Assembly (NCBI GenBank): GCA_963704165.1
Contig: CAVPHD010000005.1
Location: 32,001 to 96,000 of the forward strand
DNA length: 64,000 nucleotides
Direction of reading: 5' to 3'
DNA from: an uncultured delta proteobacterium
Lineage (GTDB): Bacteria > Myxococcota_A > UBA9160 > SZUA-336
Within the stretch, counting starts at the first letter, position 1; each line of letters begins with the position of its first letter. The position numbers and the translations under genes were made by a program. Positions 28,699 through 39,121 of the stretch are shown piece by piece. Under the pieces are notes generated by a model. That model was given only the letters and a program-made list of their open reading frames with translations, was not told the origin of the DNA and did no database searches.

Positions 28699-30102
28699 AT
28701 GGCCAAGCACGGATCGCGCGTTTCGGGTCGGCTCTCGCGTGCGGACCTCGAAGAGCTGGTGCACAACGGCGAGATCGAGACCGTCGTCACGGTGGTCCCC
28801 GACATGTACGGGCGCTTGATCGGAAAGCGCATCACCGGTCAGTTCTTCCTGGACGAGACCGCCGATCAGGGCATGCACGTCTGCGACTACCTGCTCGCCT
28901 GCGACATGGAGATGGACCCGGTGCAGGGCTACGCCTTCACGTCCTGGGAGAAGGGCTACGGCGACGTGCTGTGCAGGATCGACTGGGCGACGTTGCGGCG
29001 CGCGGACTGGCTCGAGAAGAGCGCGATCGTGATCTGCGACGTCTTCGACGAGCGGACCGGCGCACCGGTCGCCGTCGCACCGCGGACGATGCTCCGAAAG
29101 CAGCTCGAGCGCGCGCGGTCCCTCGGCTTTCTGGCGATGGGCGCCTCGGAACTCGAGTTCTTCGCCTTCCGGGAGAGCTACGCGAGCGCGAGCGCGAAGG
29201 GCTTCGACAAGCTCACCACGTTCGGCGAGTACGTCGAGGACTACCACATCCTTCAGGGAACGAAGACGGAGCCGCTCGTCGGCGCGATCCGCCGCCACCT
29301 CGAGGCGTCGGGCGTGCCGGTCGAGTTCAGCAAGGGCGAGTGGGGACCGGGGCAGCAGGAGATCAACCTGCGTTACTGCGAGCTGCTCGAGATGGCCGAC
29401 CGGCACGTGATCTACAAGAACGCGGCGAAGGAGATCGCAGCGTCGCTCGGGCTCGCGATCACGTTCATGGCGAAGTGGGACGCGGCGATGGCGGGCAACA
29501 GCATGCACGTGCACACGAGCTTGTGGGACGCGACCCACGAGAAGAACGTCTTCGCGGGCGACGACCCGCTTCCCGGCAGCTCCATGCGCGCCTCGAAGAC
29601 GTTTCGATTCTGGCTCGGCGGCCTGCTCGCACACGCGCGCGAGATCGCGCTCTTTCTCGCGCCCACCGTGAACAGCTACAAGCGTTTCATGGAGGGCACG
29701 TTCGCGCCGACCGCGATCGCCTGGGCCGCCGACAATCGCACCTCGGGCTTTCGGATCGTCGGCCACGGCTCGTCGCTGCGCAGCGAGTGCCGGATTCCCG
29801 GCGCGGACGCGAATCCCTACGTGGCGTTCGCTCTTCTCATCGCCGCCGGCCTCGACGGCATCGAGCGCAAGCTCGAGCCGCCGGCGATGCTGTCGGGGAA
29901 TCTCTACGCCGCGAAGGACGTCCCGAAGATTCCGCGCACGCTCGGCGATGCGATCGCGGCGGCGGAGTCCTCGACGTTCGTCCGCCAGGCGCTCGGCGAC
30001 GACGTACTCGAGCACTACCTGCACTTCGCGCGCGTCGAGAAATCCAAGTTCGAGAACACGGTCACGACCTGGGAACGCGCGCGCTACTTCGAGCGGATCT
30101 GA
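28699..30102 (+). CDS. Glutamine synthetase-like gamma-glutamyl-amine ligase (PuuA/GlnA4-like)
   Basis: DMYGRLIGKR, ELEF, GEWGPGQQEIN, TFMAK, HVHTSL, NSYKR, DNRT, ECRIPGADANPY; followed by a PuuD-like gene. Confidence 0.9.
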   Translation: MAKHGSRVSGRLSRADLEELVHNGEIETVVTVVPDMYGRLIGKRITGQFFLDETADQGMHVCDYLLACDMEMDPVQGYAFTSWEKGYGDVLCRIDWATLRRADWLEKSAIVICDVFDERTGAPVAVAPRTMLRKQLERARSLGFLAMGASELEFFAFRESYASASAKGFDKLTTFGEYVEDYHILQGTKTEPLVGAIRRHLEASGVPVEFSKGEWGPGQQEINLRYCELLEMADRHVIYKNAAKEIAASLGLAITFMAKWDAAMAGNSMHVHTSLWDATHEKNVFAGDDPLPGSSMRASKTFRFWLGGLLAHAREIALFLAPTVNSYKRFMEGTFAPTAIAWAADNRTSGFRIVGHGSSLRSECRIPGADANPYVAFALLIAAGLDGIERKLEPPAMLSGNLYAAKDVPKIPRTLGDAIAAAESSTFVRQALGDDVLEHYLHFARVEKSKFENTVTTWERARYFERI

Positions 30103-30816
30103 TGCGGCCGAGAATCGGGATCACCACCTACGGACCCGACGGAGAGCGGAACTCGTTCTCGCTGCCGCGGCACTACTCCGACTCCGTCGCGGCCGCGGGG
30201 GGAATGCCGGTTCTGCTCGTCTCGGGCTCGGTCTCGGCCGAGGAGGTGCTCGACTCGATCGATGCGCTGATCGTCGCGGGCGGCGGCGACATCTCGCCGG
30301 AGTCCTACGGCGGCTCGGGCCACGAGACCATCTACAGCGTGAACCCCACGCGTGATTCGTTCGAGATGTCGCTCCTGCGCCACGCGCTCGAGGATTCCGA
30401 GCTGCCGGTGCTCGGGATCTGTCGCGGCATGCAGATGATGAACATCGTGCTCGGCGGCGACCTCGAGCCGCACCTGCCCGACGTCTATGGCGAGTCGGTC
30501 CTGCACCGGCTTCCACCCCGCGAGCCGACGACGCACGGCGTCCGTGCCGAGCGATCGGGACTGCTTCGCCGAGATCTTTCCGGACACCGAGTTCCCGGTC
30601 TGCTCGTGGCACCATCAGGGCCTGCGAAAGCTCGGCGCGGGTCTGCAGGTCAAGGCGCATGCACCGGACGGTGTCGTCGAAGGCGTGGTCTTCGACTCGC
30701 ATCCCTTCGCGATCGGTGTGCAGTGGCATCCCGAGATGCAGGCGCTCGAAGACGTGCGGCAGCTTCGCGTATTCGCGGCGCTCGTCGATCGCGCCCGCGC
30801 GCGCCGCTTCCCGTGA
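30102..30816 (+). CDS. Gamma-glutamyl-GABA hydrolase family (PuuD, peptidase C26); frameshift near 30565
   Basis: RPRIGIT, GGGDI, LGICRGMQ (catalytic Cys), HHQG, GVQWHPE, split over two frames. Confidence 0.85.
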
Positions 30817-31709
30817 CGGAATCCGAGGGAACCGTCCTCACGGTCACGCGCGGCGGCTGCGACGTGGTGCACGCGGAGCAGGTGGTCCACTTGCAGCTCG
30901 TCGGCAAACACTCGCACCGCGAGACCTCGCTCGCGGTCGGAGATCGCGTCAGCTTCGACCCGGTGCGTCGGATCGTGATCGACGTGCGGCCGCGGCGCAC
31001 GAAGCTGTCGCGCCAGCGCAGCTTCGGAAGACAGCGCGAGCAGGTGCTCGCCGCGAATGCGGATCGTCTCGCGATCGTCGCGTCCGTTTCGAGCCCGCCG
31101 TTCCGGTCGGGCGCGGTGGACCGCTTTCTCCTCGCCGCGCATCTCGGCGGGCTCGAAGCGGTCCTGGTGGTGAACAAGCTCGACTTGCTCGCGACCGGCG
31201 AGCCGCTCTCCGACGAGATCCGCGCGTACGAATCGGTCGTCGAGGTGTTTCCGGTCTCGGCCGAGAACGGCGTGGGCCTCGAGCGCTTCCGCGCGAAGCT
31301 CGCGAACAGCACGACCGTCCTTGCCGGTCATTCCGGCGTCGGGAAATCGTCGTTGATCAACGCGCTCGAGCCCGAGCTCCGGCTCGTGACCGGTGAGATC
31401 AGCAAGTGGGACCGAGGCTCGCACACCACCTCGGCCTCGACGTGGATCCGTCTCGCCGGTGGCGCCGTGGTGATCGACACCCCGGGCGTACGAGAGATCG
31501 GAAGCGGGCCGATCGATCGGAGCGCGCTCGGTCCCGTGTACCCCGAGATCGAGCTGCGCTCCGCGGACTGCCGCTTCCGCGACTGCCGGCACCGGACCGA
31601 ACCGCGCTGCGCCGTACGCGCGGCCGTCGAAGCGGGCGAGCTCAGCGCCGCACGCCTCTCGAACTACCACCGGCTGCTCGACGAGGTCGATTCGCACCCG
31701 AACGCCTGA
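30813..31709 (+). CDS. rsgA: Ribosome small subunit-dependent GTPase A
   Basis: Circularly permuted GTPase motifs NKLD, GHSGVGKSS, HTT, DTPG; Zn finger CRFRDCRHRTEPRC. Confidence 0.93.
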   Translation: MTESEGTVLTVTRGGCDVVHAEQVVHLQLVGKHSHRETSLAVGDRVSFDPVRRIVIDVRPRRTKLSRQRSFGRQREQVLAANADRLAIVASVSSPPFRSGAVDRFLLAAHLGGLEAVLVVNKLDLLATGEPLSDEIRAYESVVEVFPVSAENGVGLERFRAKLANSTTVLAGHSGVGKSSLINALEPELRLVTGEISKWDRGSHTTSASTWIRLAGGAVVIDTPGVREIGSGPIDRSALGPVYPEIELRSADCRFRDCRHRTEPRCAVRAAVEAGELSAARLSNYHRLLDEVDSHPNA

Positions 31710-31715
31710 CGCGGA

Positions 31716-32981
31716 TCAGCTCCGTGCGGCGTCGCGGAGCGCGAGTGCGAGCAACGTCGAGGTTCCGATCGCGAACGCGATCGCGACCTGCTGCGCGCTC
31801 TGGAGCGGGAGCACGACGTTGAGCGGGGACTGCGCGAGCAGCAGCAGCACCGCGACCGAGAGCACGCGCCGGCGCGGAGATGCGTCCGGGCGGAGGAAAT
31901 GCAGCAGGAGCGGAAGCGCCAGCAGGAAGTAGTGGTCCCACGCGATCTGCACCGAGATCAGCGGGACGACGCAGCCGGCGCCGACCGCCAGGACGTCGTC
32001 GTGAAATGCGGCGCCTCTGCGTCCGCCGCGGAACAGGCAAGCGCAGTAGCCGGCGAGGATCGCGAGCAAGAGCCAGATCGACACGTTGACCGAAGTGAGC
32101 GAGTGGATCAGAGACACCGCACTGACGTTGAAGTTCTCGAGCGGATAGGGCTTGGCGAGCAGCCGCTGCGTGACCGCGAACCAGTCGAGCCAACACGACA
32201 CGGACGCGAAGAACCATGAACCCGCGCCGATCCCGAGCAGGGATCCGGTGCCGAGCCCCGCGATTCCGAAGCGCAGGTCGCGCCCCCGACCGCGCAGCGC
32301 CCAGGTGGCGAGGAGCAGCACGGGAACCAGGGCGAGATTCGGCTTGAACACCACGAGCAGCGCGGTGAGAACGCCGCCGATGAAGACGCCGCGAGCGTCG
32401 CTCCTGTGCAGCGCCGCCAGCGCGGCGACCCCTCCGGCGAACTGCAACCGGTTCACGTTCGCGGCCTGCACGTCGGATTGCAGAGGGCCGAACCAGAGCA
32501 GGATCAGCGTCCCCGCGAGAAGCGTCCCCGGCCAGGAATACCCGAGCATCCGGCACAGACCGATCAGCCCGAGAACGAACGTGAGACTCCCGAGGAGCTG
32601 GTACGTGAAGTAATCGCGGTCGTAGTCACCGCTCGCGAGCGAGCCGATCACCGCGTAGTAGAACGGCGTCGAGATCGGATCGAGCAGGTCGGGGTTCGTC
32701 CGCTGGTTCCACTCGGCCGCGTCGCGAAATCGCGCCGACTCGGGCAGGCTTCGCGCGCGCTCCAGGTTCTCGAGTCCGACCCGCTGGCTGGTCTCGACGG
32801 TGTACAGCGTGTCGCGCGCCGGGCCCGAAGCCGCGCGGCTCATGACCCAGAACTGGTAGTAGTCGACCCCGAGCGAGCGCTGCACGGCCTGCACGCCGTA
32901 GAGCAGGGCGCACAGAAAGAGCGCGGCGGCCAGGAGCCCGGTCGTGTCCGAAACCAGAGCGCGTGCGCGATCGTGAGACAC
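31716..32981 (-). CDS. Multi-TM GT-C glycosyltransferase (GT87/DUF2029-like)
   Basis: DYYQFW loop, VFKPNL, WDHY, about 10 TM segments. Confidence 0.65.
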   Translation of the reverse strand: MSHDRARALVSDTTGLLAAALFLCALLYGVQAVQRSLGVDYYQFWVMSRAASGPARDTLYTVETSQRVGLENLERARSLPESARFRDAAEWNQRTNPDLLDPISTPFYYAVIGSLASGDYDRDYFTYQLLGSLTFVLGLIGLCRMLGYSWPGTLLAGTLILLWFGPLQSDVQAANVNRLQFAGGVAALAALHRSDARGVFIGGVLTALLVVFKPNLALVPVLLLATWALRGRGRDLRFGIAGLGTGSLLGIGAGSWFFASVSCWLDWFAVTQRLLAKPYPLENFNVSAVSLIHSLTSVNVSIWLLLAILAGYCACLFRGGRRGAAFHDDVLAVGAGCVVPLISVQIAWDHYFLLALPLLLHFLRPDASPRRRVLSVAVLLLLAQSPLNVVLPLQSAQQVAIAFAIGTSTLLALALRDAARS

Positions 32982-33262
32982 CTAAGCGAACGCCGCCGTC
33001 ATCGAGTCATCGTGCGCTCGCGTCACGCGGTTCTCCTCGGTCCGCAGTGTACGCCCAGAGGCTCCACATCGCGCGCCGGCCCGCTCGGGCGTCGCGTGCG
33101 GCCAGCTGGACCGGCAGCGGGACTTCGGTGCCGGGAGTCGTGACGCTCGTGGTCCAGAGCCCGCGTCCTTCGAGCAGGTGTCGAAGCGCGCGCGCACCTT
33201 CTGCTCGCGCCCGCTCGAGTGCAGCGCGCCCGCGCCAGCGCCGTAGTAGGATCGCGCCCACG

Positions 33263-34042
33263 ATGTCCAAGCTCTCCTTGCTCTCGAGATCGATCGCCGG
33301 CCGCGGGGCGCTCGTGACCGGCGCCGCCAGCGGCATGGGCCGGGCCACCGCGCATCTCTTCGCCGACGAGGGCGCGCAGGTTGCGGTCACGGACCTGAAC
33401 GCCGAAGGCGTCGAGCGCGTGGTCGACGAGATCCGCGCCGCCGGCGGCACCGCGCGCGGCTGGGTGATGAACGTCGCGGACGACGCGGATGTCGCGCGCG
33501 TCGTGCCCGAGATCGCGGCCGCGTTCGGCCGGCTCGACATCGTGATCAACAACGCGGGCATGGTGCGCTTCGCGAAGATCGACGCCGACGACTTCATGGC
33601 GCACTGGGACGCGTCGCTCTCCGTGCTGCTCACGGCTCACGTTCGCGTGATCCGCGCCTCGCTGCCGTTCCTGCGCAGGTCCGACGCCGCGCGGATCGTC
33701 AACATCGCCTCGACCGAGGCGCTCGGCGCGACGAAGTTCGGCAGCCCCTACACCGCCGCGAAGACCGGAGTGGTCGGTCTGACGCGCGCGCTGGCCGTCG
33801 AGTTCGGCTCCGAGCGCATCACCGTGAACTGCATCTGTCCCGGGCCGATCCGCACCGCGATGACCGCCCCGGTTCCGGAGGAGCACAAGCTGATCTTCGC
33901 GCGAAGACGCGTCGCGCTCGAGCGCTACGCGGAGCCCGAAGAGGTCGCGCACGCGACGCTGAACTTCTGCCTGCCCGCGTCGCAGTACATCACCGGCGCG
34001 GTGCTGCCCGTCGATGGCGGCATGACGATCAGGAACGCGTAG
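33263..34042 (+). CDS. SDR family oxidoreductase
   Basis: TGAASGMG, NNAG, YTAAK, VNCICPG, VDGG. Confidence 0.92.
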   Translation: MSKLSLLSRSIAGRGALVTGAASGMGRATAHLFADEGAQVAVTDLNAEGVERVVDEIRAAGGTARGWVMNVADDADVARVVPEIAAAFGRLDIVINNAGMVRFAKIDADDFMAHWDASLSVLLTAHVRVIRASLPFLRRSDAARIVNIASTEALGATKFGSPYTAAKTGVVGLTRALAVEFGSERITVNCICPGPIRTAMTAPVPEEHKLIFARRRVALERYAEPEEVAHATLNFCLPASQYITGAVLPVDGGMTIRNA

Positions 34043-35186
34043 CGCGCCTGGCGAGCAGAGCCAGCGCCGCGAACGAACAGATCCCGCCGAGCGTGAAGAC
34101 CGCGCCGTAGCCCGCGGCTTCGGCGACGTAGCCCAAGGCGAGGGAGCCGATCGAGAAGCCGACGTTGAAGGCGCCGTTGTAGACGGCCATGACCTTGCCG
34201 CGCACGTCGTCCTCCGCACCCTCGACGACCAGCGCGTTCAGTGCGGGGTAGAAGAGCCCGTGCGCCAGGCCGAGCAGCGCTCCGATCCACGAGTAGGCCA
34301 TCGCTCCGAGCGCGAACATCGCGATCGGCGCGGTGCCGTAGATGGCGAGCGCGAAGCGCGTGACTTCGATCCGTCCCAGCCGGTCCGCCACCCCGCCGAA
34401 GAGGCTGCGCATGATCACCGCAGCCAGCGAGTACGCGACCAGGAAATCGGCGACGCGTGTGATGCCGAGCGAGAGCGCGTACGGCTGGTGGAACGTGAAC
34501 ATCGCGCCGAACGTGACACCAGCCAGGCCCGACGCGAGCAGGATCGAGACGATGCCCGGCCGGGCGAGCACGTCGCGGAGCCCGGGGACCTCGCGCGCCT
34601 CGCCGCGCGTGTGCGGACGCTCGCGCACGGCGATCAACAGCAGTCCCGAAAGGATGGCCATCGCCGCGGTGGCTTCGAAAACCGCGTCCCAGCCGGCCGC
34701 GTTCGCGAGCCACTCCGATGCAGCCGGGGCGAGCGCGTTGGTCGAGACCATCATCGCGCCGAAGATCCCGAGCGCCTGGCCGAGCCTGCGCGGCGGTGCG
34801 AGGTCTGCGGCCAGCGTCGAGGCCGCGACGAAGAAGAGCGTGAACGCGAAGCCGTGCACGATGCGAAGAAGCACGAGCCAGACTCCGAGCGAATCCACTC
34901 CGAGGAACCCCAGGCTCGTGAGCGTCATCAGCCCGGCGCCGACGTAGGCGAGCGGCAGGCGTCCGCGCCGATCGATCCAGACGCCGACGAATCCGACCAG
35001 CGCCACGCTCGCGAACCAGGTGAGCGAGGAGATCCCGCCGATCTCCGACGGATTCGCGTGCAGCTCGAGCTCCAGGAACTTCGGCAGCAGGAAGTACGCG
35101 GAGTGCGCGAGTCCGAATGCGAGCGTCGCGGCGAGCAACGCCACGAACTCGCGCGTGAGCACGGGCGGGTCTTCGAGCTCGCTCAC
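34029..35186 (-). CDS. MFS transporter
   Basis: 12-TM pattern; motif A GVWIDRRGR and GGVADRLGR. Confidence 0.88.
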   Translation of the reverse strand: MSELEDPPVLTREFVALLAATLAFGLAHSAYFLLPKFLELELHANPSEIGGISSLTWFASVALVGFVGVWIDRRGRLPLAYVGAGLMTLTSLGFLGVDSLGVWLVLLRIVHGFAFTLFFVAASTLAADLAPPRRLGQALGIFGAMMVSTNALAPAASEWLANAAGWDAVFEATAAMAILSGLLLIAVRERPHTRGEAREVPGLRDVLARPGIVSILLASGLAGVTFGAMFTFHQPYALSLGITRVADFLVAYSLAAVIMRSLFGGVADRLGRIEVTRFALAIYGTAPIAMFALGAMAYSWIGALLGLAHGLFYPALNALVVEGAEDDVRGKVMAVYNGAFNVGFSIGSLALGYVAEAAGYGAVFTLGGICSFAALALLARRATRS

Positions 35187-35228
35187 GGTCTCGGCGGACG
35201 GCACGGCGCACCGTGATAGCATTCTCCG

Positions 35229-36422
35229 GTGGCGCTTGCGCTCACCGGGCTGCGAGTTTGGAAGGGCGCGAGCGAGGAGCTCGAGCCCGCGCGTGCGACG
35301 CTTCGCATCGAGGGCGAGCGGATCGCGGCGCTCGGCCCCGCCGTCCGGCCGGGGGCGGACGACCCGACGATCGCGCTCGACGGGGCGACCGCGCTGCCCG
35401 GATTGATCGACGCGCACGTGCACATGACGCTCGATCCGGCGATACGCGCGCCCGCGGACCAGCTGGCGGTCGCGGCCGGAACCGCGGTCGCGGCGATGGC
35501 GGCGCGCGCGCGCGCGATGGTCGAGGCGGGAATCACGACCGCGCGCGATCTCGGCGGCGGCGAGTTCCGCGAGCTCGCGCTCCGCGATCGCATCGCGAGC
35601 TTCGAGATCCCGGGTCCACGGCTGCTCTGTGCGGGCCAACCGGTCACGACTCCGAAGGGGCACTGCTGGTTCTGGGGCGGCGAGGCGCGCGGCGAGGACG
35701 ACGTGCGCGCGGTCGTGCGCCGCCAGGTGGAGCACGGCACCGATCTGATCAAGGTGATGGCGACCGGGGGCGTGCTCACCGAGGGCACGAAACCCTCGGA
35801 CGCCCAGTTCGAGCAGCACGAGCTCGACGCGATCGTCGCCGAAGCCCGCGCGCACGGCCGGCACACGGCGGCGCACTGCCACGGCACGACGGGAATCGAG
35901 CGCGCGGCGATCGCGGGCGTGCGCACGATCGAGCACTGCTCGTTCGCGAGCGAGCAGGGATTCGGCGGCGCGCCGCCGCCCGAGCTCGTGTCGCTGATCG
36001 CGCGCGCCGGCTCGTTCGTCTCGCCGACGATCAACACGGGCTACGCGCGCTTCTTCGGCGAGCACGGCGCGCCCGGGAAGTTCGCGACCCGAATGGGCGA
36101 GGCCTACACGGCCTTGCGTCGCGCGGGAGTTCCATTCATCGCATCGACGGACGCCGGAATTCCCAACGTCGCACACCACCGCCTGCCCGAGGCCCTGGCC
36201 GTGTTCGCGCGTCTCGCGGGCCTGCGTCCCGTCGAGGCCCTGCGCGCGGCGACCTCCGAGAGCGCGCGTGCTCTCGGCCTCGCCGGGGTCACGGGTGAGC
36301 TTCGTGCGGGGCTCTGCGCCGACGTGATCGTCGTCGATGGAAACCCGCTCGAGGACCTATCGGCGCTGCTTCGTCCGATCCTGGTCGTCGCGCGAGGGCG
36401 CGTCGTCCGGCGGCGAGACTAG
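35229..36422 (+). CDS. Amidohydrolase (prolidase/imidazolonepropionase-like)
   Basis: PGLIDAHVH, GITTARDLGG, IKVMATGG, AHCHG, TIEH, STDAG. Confidence 0.9.
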   Translation: MALALTGLRVWKGASEELEPARATLRIEGERIAALGPAVRPGADDPTIALDGATALPGLIDAHVHMTLDPAIRAPADQLAVAAGTAVAAMAARARAMVEAGITTARDLGGGEFRELALRDRIASFEIPGPRLLCAGQPVTTPKGHCWFWGGEARGEDDVRAVVRRQVEHGTDLIKVMATGGVLTEGTKPSDAQFEQHELDAIVAEARAHGRHTAAHCHGTTGIERAAIAGVRTIEHCSFASEQGFGGAPPPELVSLIARAGSFVSPTINTGYARFFGEHGAPGKFATRMGEAYTALRRAGVPFIASTDAGIPNVAHHRLPEALAVFARLAGLRPVEALRAATSESARALGLAGVTGELRAGLCADVIVVDGNPLEDLSALLRPILVVARGRVVRRRD

Positions 36423-37093
36423 GTTCTCCGCTGCCACGGCTCCGAGAAGAACCAGTCGAGCGCCTCGGGCAGGAAGTCGGCCGACGGCCAGTGCTTGCCG
36501 CCCTGGTCGACGCGAAACTCGACGGTGTAGCCTGCCTTGCGCAGGTTCTCGCGCATCGGAACGGCGATCTGCTCGAACGGAAAGAGCTCGTCGTGCGTGC
36601 CGTACTCGAGCAGGATCTCGGGCTTGCGTGCGCCGGCGAGGTCGAACGTCGTGTCGAGCGCGATGAAGCCGGCAGCCCAGCCCATCACGGCGCGAAACAG
36701 GTGCGCGTTCGAGAGGCCCACCGAGAGCGCGTAGCTCGCGCCATCGGAGTAGCCGAGCAGCGCCTGGCGGCCGGGGTCGATCGGGTAGCGCCGGTAGATC
36801 AGGTCGTAGGCGAACTCCAGGAAGTCCAGGTCGGACCGCTCGGGACTCGCGATCAAGTCCCAGGTGGAGAGCCGCGAGCGCGGCACCAGGAAGAGCGCGT
36901 CGCGTCGCTCGGGCTCGTCGCGACACGCCTTCACGAGCATCTCGTCCTGGCGGCCGGCACCGTGCAGCACGGTGATCAGCGGGTAGCGTCTTCCCGGGTC
37001 GATCTCGCTCGGCGTGAGCAGCACCGCGCGCGATTCACCGCGCTCGATCCACACGTGCCCCGTCGGCGACGGCTCCTCGCGCGGTTCCGGCAT
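36419..37093 (-). CDS. Phospholipase/carboxylesterase (alpha/beta hydrolase)
   Basis: LHGAG, GYSDGA nucleophile, GTHDELF, GGKH. Confidence 0.82.
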   Translation of the reverse strand: MPEPREEPSPTGHVWIERGESRAVLLTPSEIDPGRRYPLITVLHGAGRQDEMLVKACRDEPERRDALFLVPRSRLSTWDLIASPERSDLDFLEFAYDLIYRRYPIDPGRQALLGYSDGASYALSVGLSNAHLFRAVMGWAAGFIALDTTFDLAGARKPEILLEYGTHDELFPFEQIAVPMRENLRKAGYTVEFRVDQGGKHWPSADFLPEALDWFFSEPWQRRT

Positions 37094-37205
37094 CCTTGTG
37101 CTCGATGCGCAGCGCCAGCGTGTCCATCCGGTCTCCGGCTCGATGGAAAGGGAGCATATCGAGATCTCGCACCGACGTACCTGTGGCTCGATCGAGGCCG
37201 GCCCG

Positions 37206-37761
37206 CTAGCTCCTCGGCGGTCGCGTCGCGAGCTTGCGCTGCAGCGTCCGGCGGTGAAGGCCGAGCGCTCGCGCCGCCTTCGAGATGTTCCCGCCGCAGT
37301 CGCCGAGCACCCGCTGGATGTGCTCCCACTCGACGCGGTGCAGGGACGGAGCCTTCGCCGGATCCGTCGTGGCGACGGATGAGCTGTCCCCGACGCCCTG
37401 CGTGAACGCGCGCAGGACGTCGTCGGCATCGACCGGTTTGGTCAGGTAGTGACGCGCGCCGCGCCGCACCGCCTCGAGCGCCGTCGAGATGCTGCCGTAT
37501 CCGGTCAGCACGACGCTGATCAGGTCTGGATGCTCGCGCAAGAGCTCGCGGACCAGATCGAGGCCCGAGTCTTCGCCGAGGCGCAGGTCGATCACCGCGC
37601 GCTGCGGGCGGAACGAGCGGGCCACGCGGATGGCCTCGTCGGCGGAGTGTGCTTCGGCGACCTCGACCCCGCGCGAGCGCAGTGCCCGCGCCAGACGCGT
37701 GCGAAACGGCTCGTCGTCGTCGGCCAGCAGGTAGCGCGTCGCGTCGCTCTCAGGACTTCAT
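37206..37761 (-). CDS. regA: Response regulator, RegA/PrrA/ActR family (1-nt insertion just after the start)
   Basis: LLADDDEPFR, DLRL, TGYGSI, KP, VEWEHIQRVL..GGNISKAARALGLHRRTLQRKL. Removing one A in ATGAAGTCC gives MSPESDATRY. Confidence 0.88.
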
Positions 37762-39082
37762 GGGTCGAGGTACTCGTGGCGGCGACCGGCCACTCGACGT
37801 CGGCCGTCGTGCCGACGCCGGGTTCGGAAGCGAGCTGCAACCTGCCACCGAGCCGCTCCGTGTGCAAACGCAGCACGAACAGACCGAGCCCGGTTCCCTG
37901 GCCGGGTGGTCGCGTCGTGAAGAACGGCTCGCTCGCGTGCTCGAGCACCTCCGGGCTCATGCCGTGTCCGCGATCGCCGACGACGACGCGAACCCGATCG
38001 CCTTCGTGCGCGACGTCGACGCGCACCCGCCCGCCGTCGGGAGATGCCGCGAGCGCGTTGCGGACGAGCGGGAAGACCACGGCCTTGAAGTCGGAGCGCG
38101 CGCCGAGCTCCGCGCCCGCGTCCGCAGCGACGTCGAGATCGATTCGCTCCGCATCCGCGCCGAACTCCTCGACGCCGAGCAAGCCGCGGATCTCGCGTGC
38201 GCGCAGCGGCGCCTCGTCGGGCGTTCCGATGCGATCGACACGAGCGCTCATGCGATCGAGGATCGCCCGGCAGCGATCGACCTCGGCGCGAAGCAGGCGC
38301 GCGTCGTCGGCCCACGGCAGGAGCTCGGACGAGCGCTCGGCCTCACGCGCGAGCTCGCCGGCGATCACCGCGATCGTTCCGAGCGGCGAGCCGAGCTCGT
38401 GCGCGGCGCCGGCCGCGAGCGTGGTCAGCGATGCGAGTCGCGCGTTTCGCGCGGCGATCTCGCCCACGCGGCGCAGGCTCGCCTCCTGCGCGTGAAGCGT
38501 CGTGGTGATTCTCCCGATGAAGTACGTGATCACGATCGCGACGACTGCCACCGCGATCCACATGCCCACCGCGTGCATGCCGACGTCCATGCCTGCAGAA
38601 ACCGGTCCGTGCCAGAAGTGGTGGGTCTCGTGCCAGCGAAACACCGCCGCATATCCCGCGGCCGAGAGGCCCGCGATGAGCCAGGTCGCGCGCGCGCTGC
38701 CGGTCATCGCCGCCATCGCGACGTGTACGGTGTAGAGGGCGCTGAACGGGTTGTCGGGACCGCCGGTCAGGTAAAGCAGGGCGGTGAACAGGAGCGTGTC
38801 GAAGATCAGCGTGGCGATCGCGAGCAGCGGCGCCCGGGCACTCGACCAGGCGCGGGGCAGAAGCGCGAGATTCGATACCACCGTCGCCGCCGGAATCAGC
38901 CAGAGCATCGGGTAGGGCAGGTCGACGCGCAGGAACCGATCCGCGAAGACCAGCGCCGCGGCCTGCCCGCCCGCGGCGAGGAAGCGCAGCGGGACCAACC
39001 AGCGCAGGACGAGCGAGTACGGGGACTCCGTCGAGAACGGAGTGGGCGCGGCGTGATCGAAGAGGGTGGATTTCGTGGTCAC
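37750..39082 (-). CDS. regB: Redox sensor histidine kinase, RegB/PrrB family
   Basis: GGPDNPF quinone-binding motif, AAHELGSPL H-box, RCR redox Cys, G boxes DRGHG and GTGLGL. The stop is at 37750 after the indel is corrected. Confidence 0.88.
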
Positions 39083-39121
39083 GAGAGGCGCAGATTCTAG
39101 ATCACGTGCGGTCCGCGGCGC

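Noticed and set aside
28693..30024. 443-aa antisense ORF exactly opposite the GS-like gene, and similar long shadow ORFs (e.g. 56555..58927, 11773..13032, 44982..46664)
   Set aside because: Stop-poor alternative frames are expected at this GC content. They have no recognisable motifs, and many are Arg/Ala/Pro-rich.
28971..31709. 912-aa apparent PuuD-RsgA fusion
   Set aside because: The PuuD catalytic QWHPE lies in another frame ending at 30816. A single frameshift causes the read-through.
32982..33262. 280-bp intergenic region with a 71-aa ORF
   Set aside because: No clear RBS, protein motif or recognisable RNA family.
37592..37760. C-terminal extension of RegB and N-truncated RegA
   Set aside because: One extra A near 37757 explains both.
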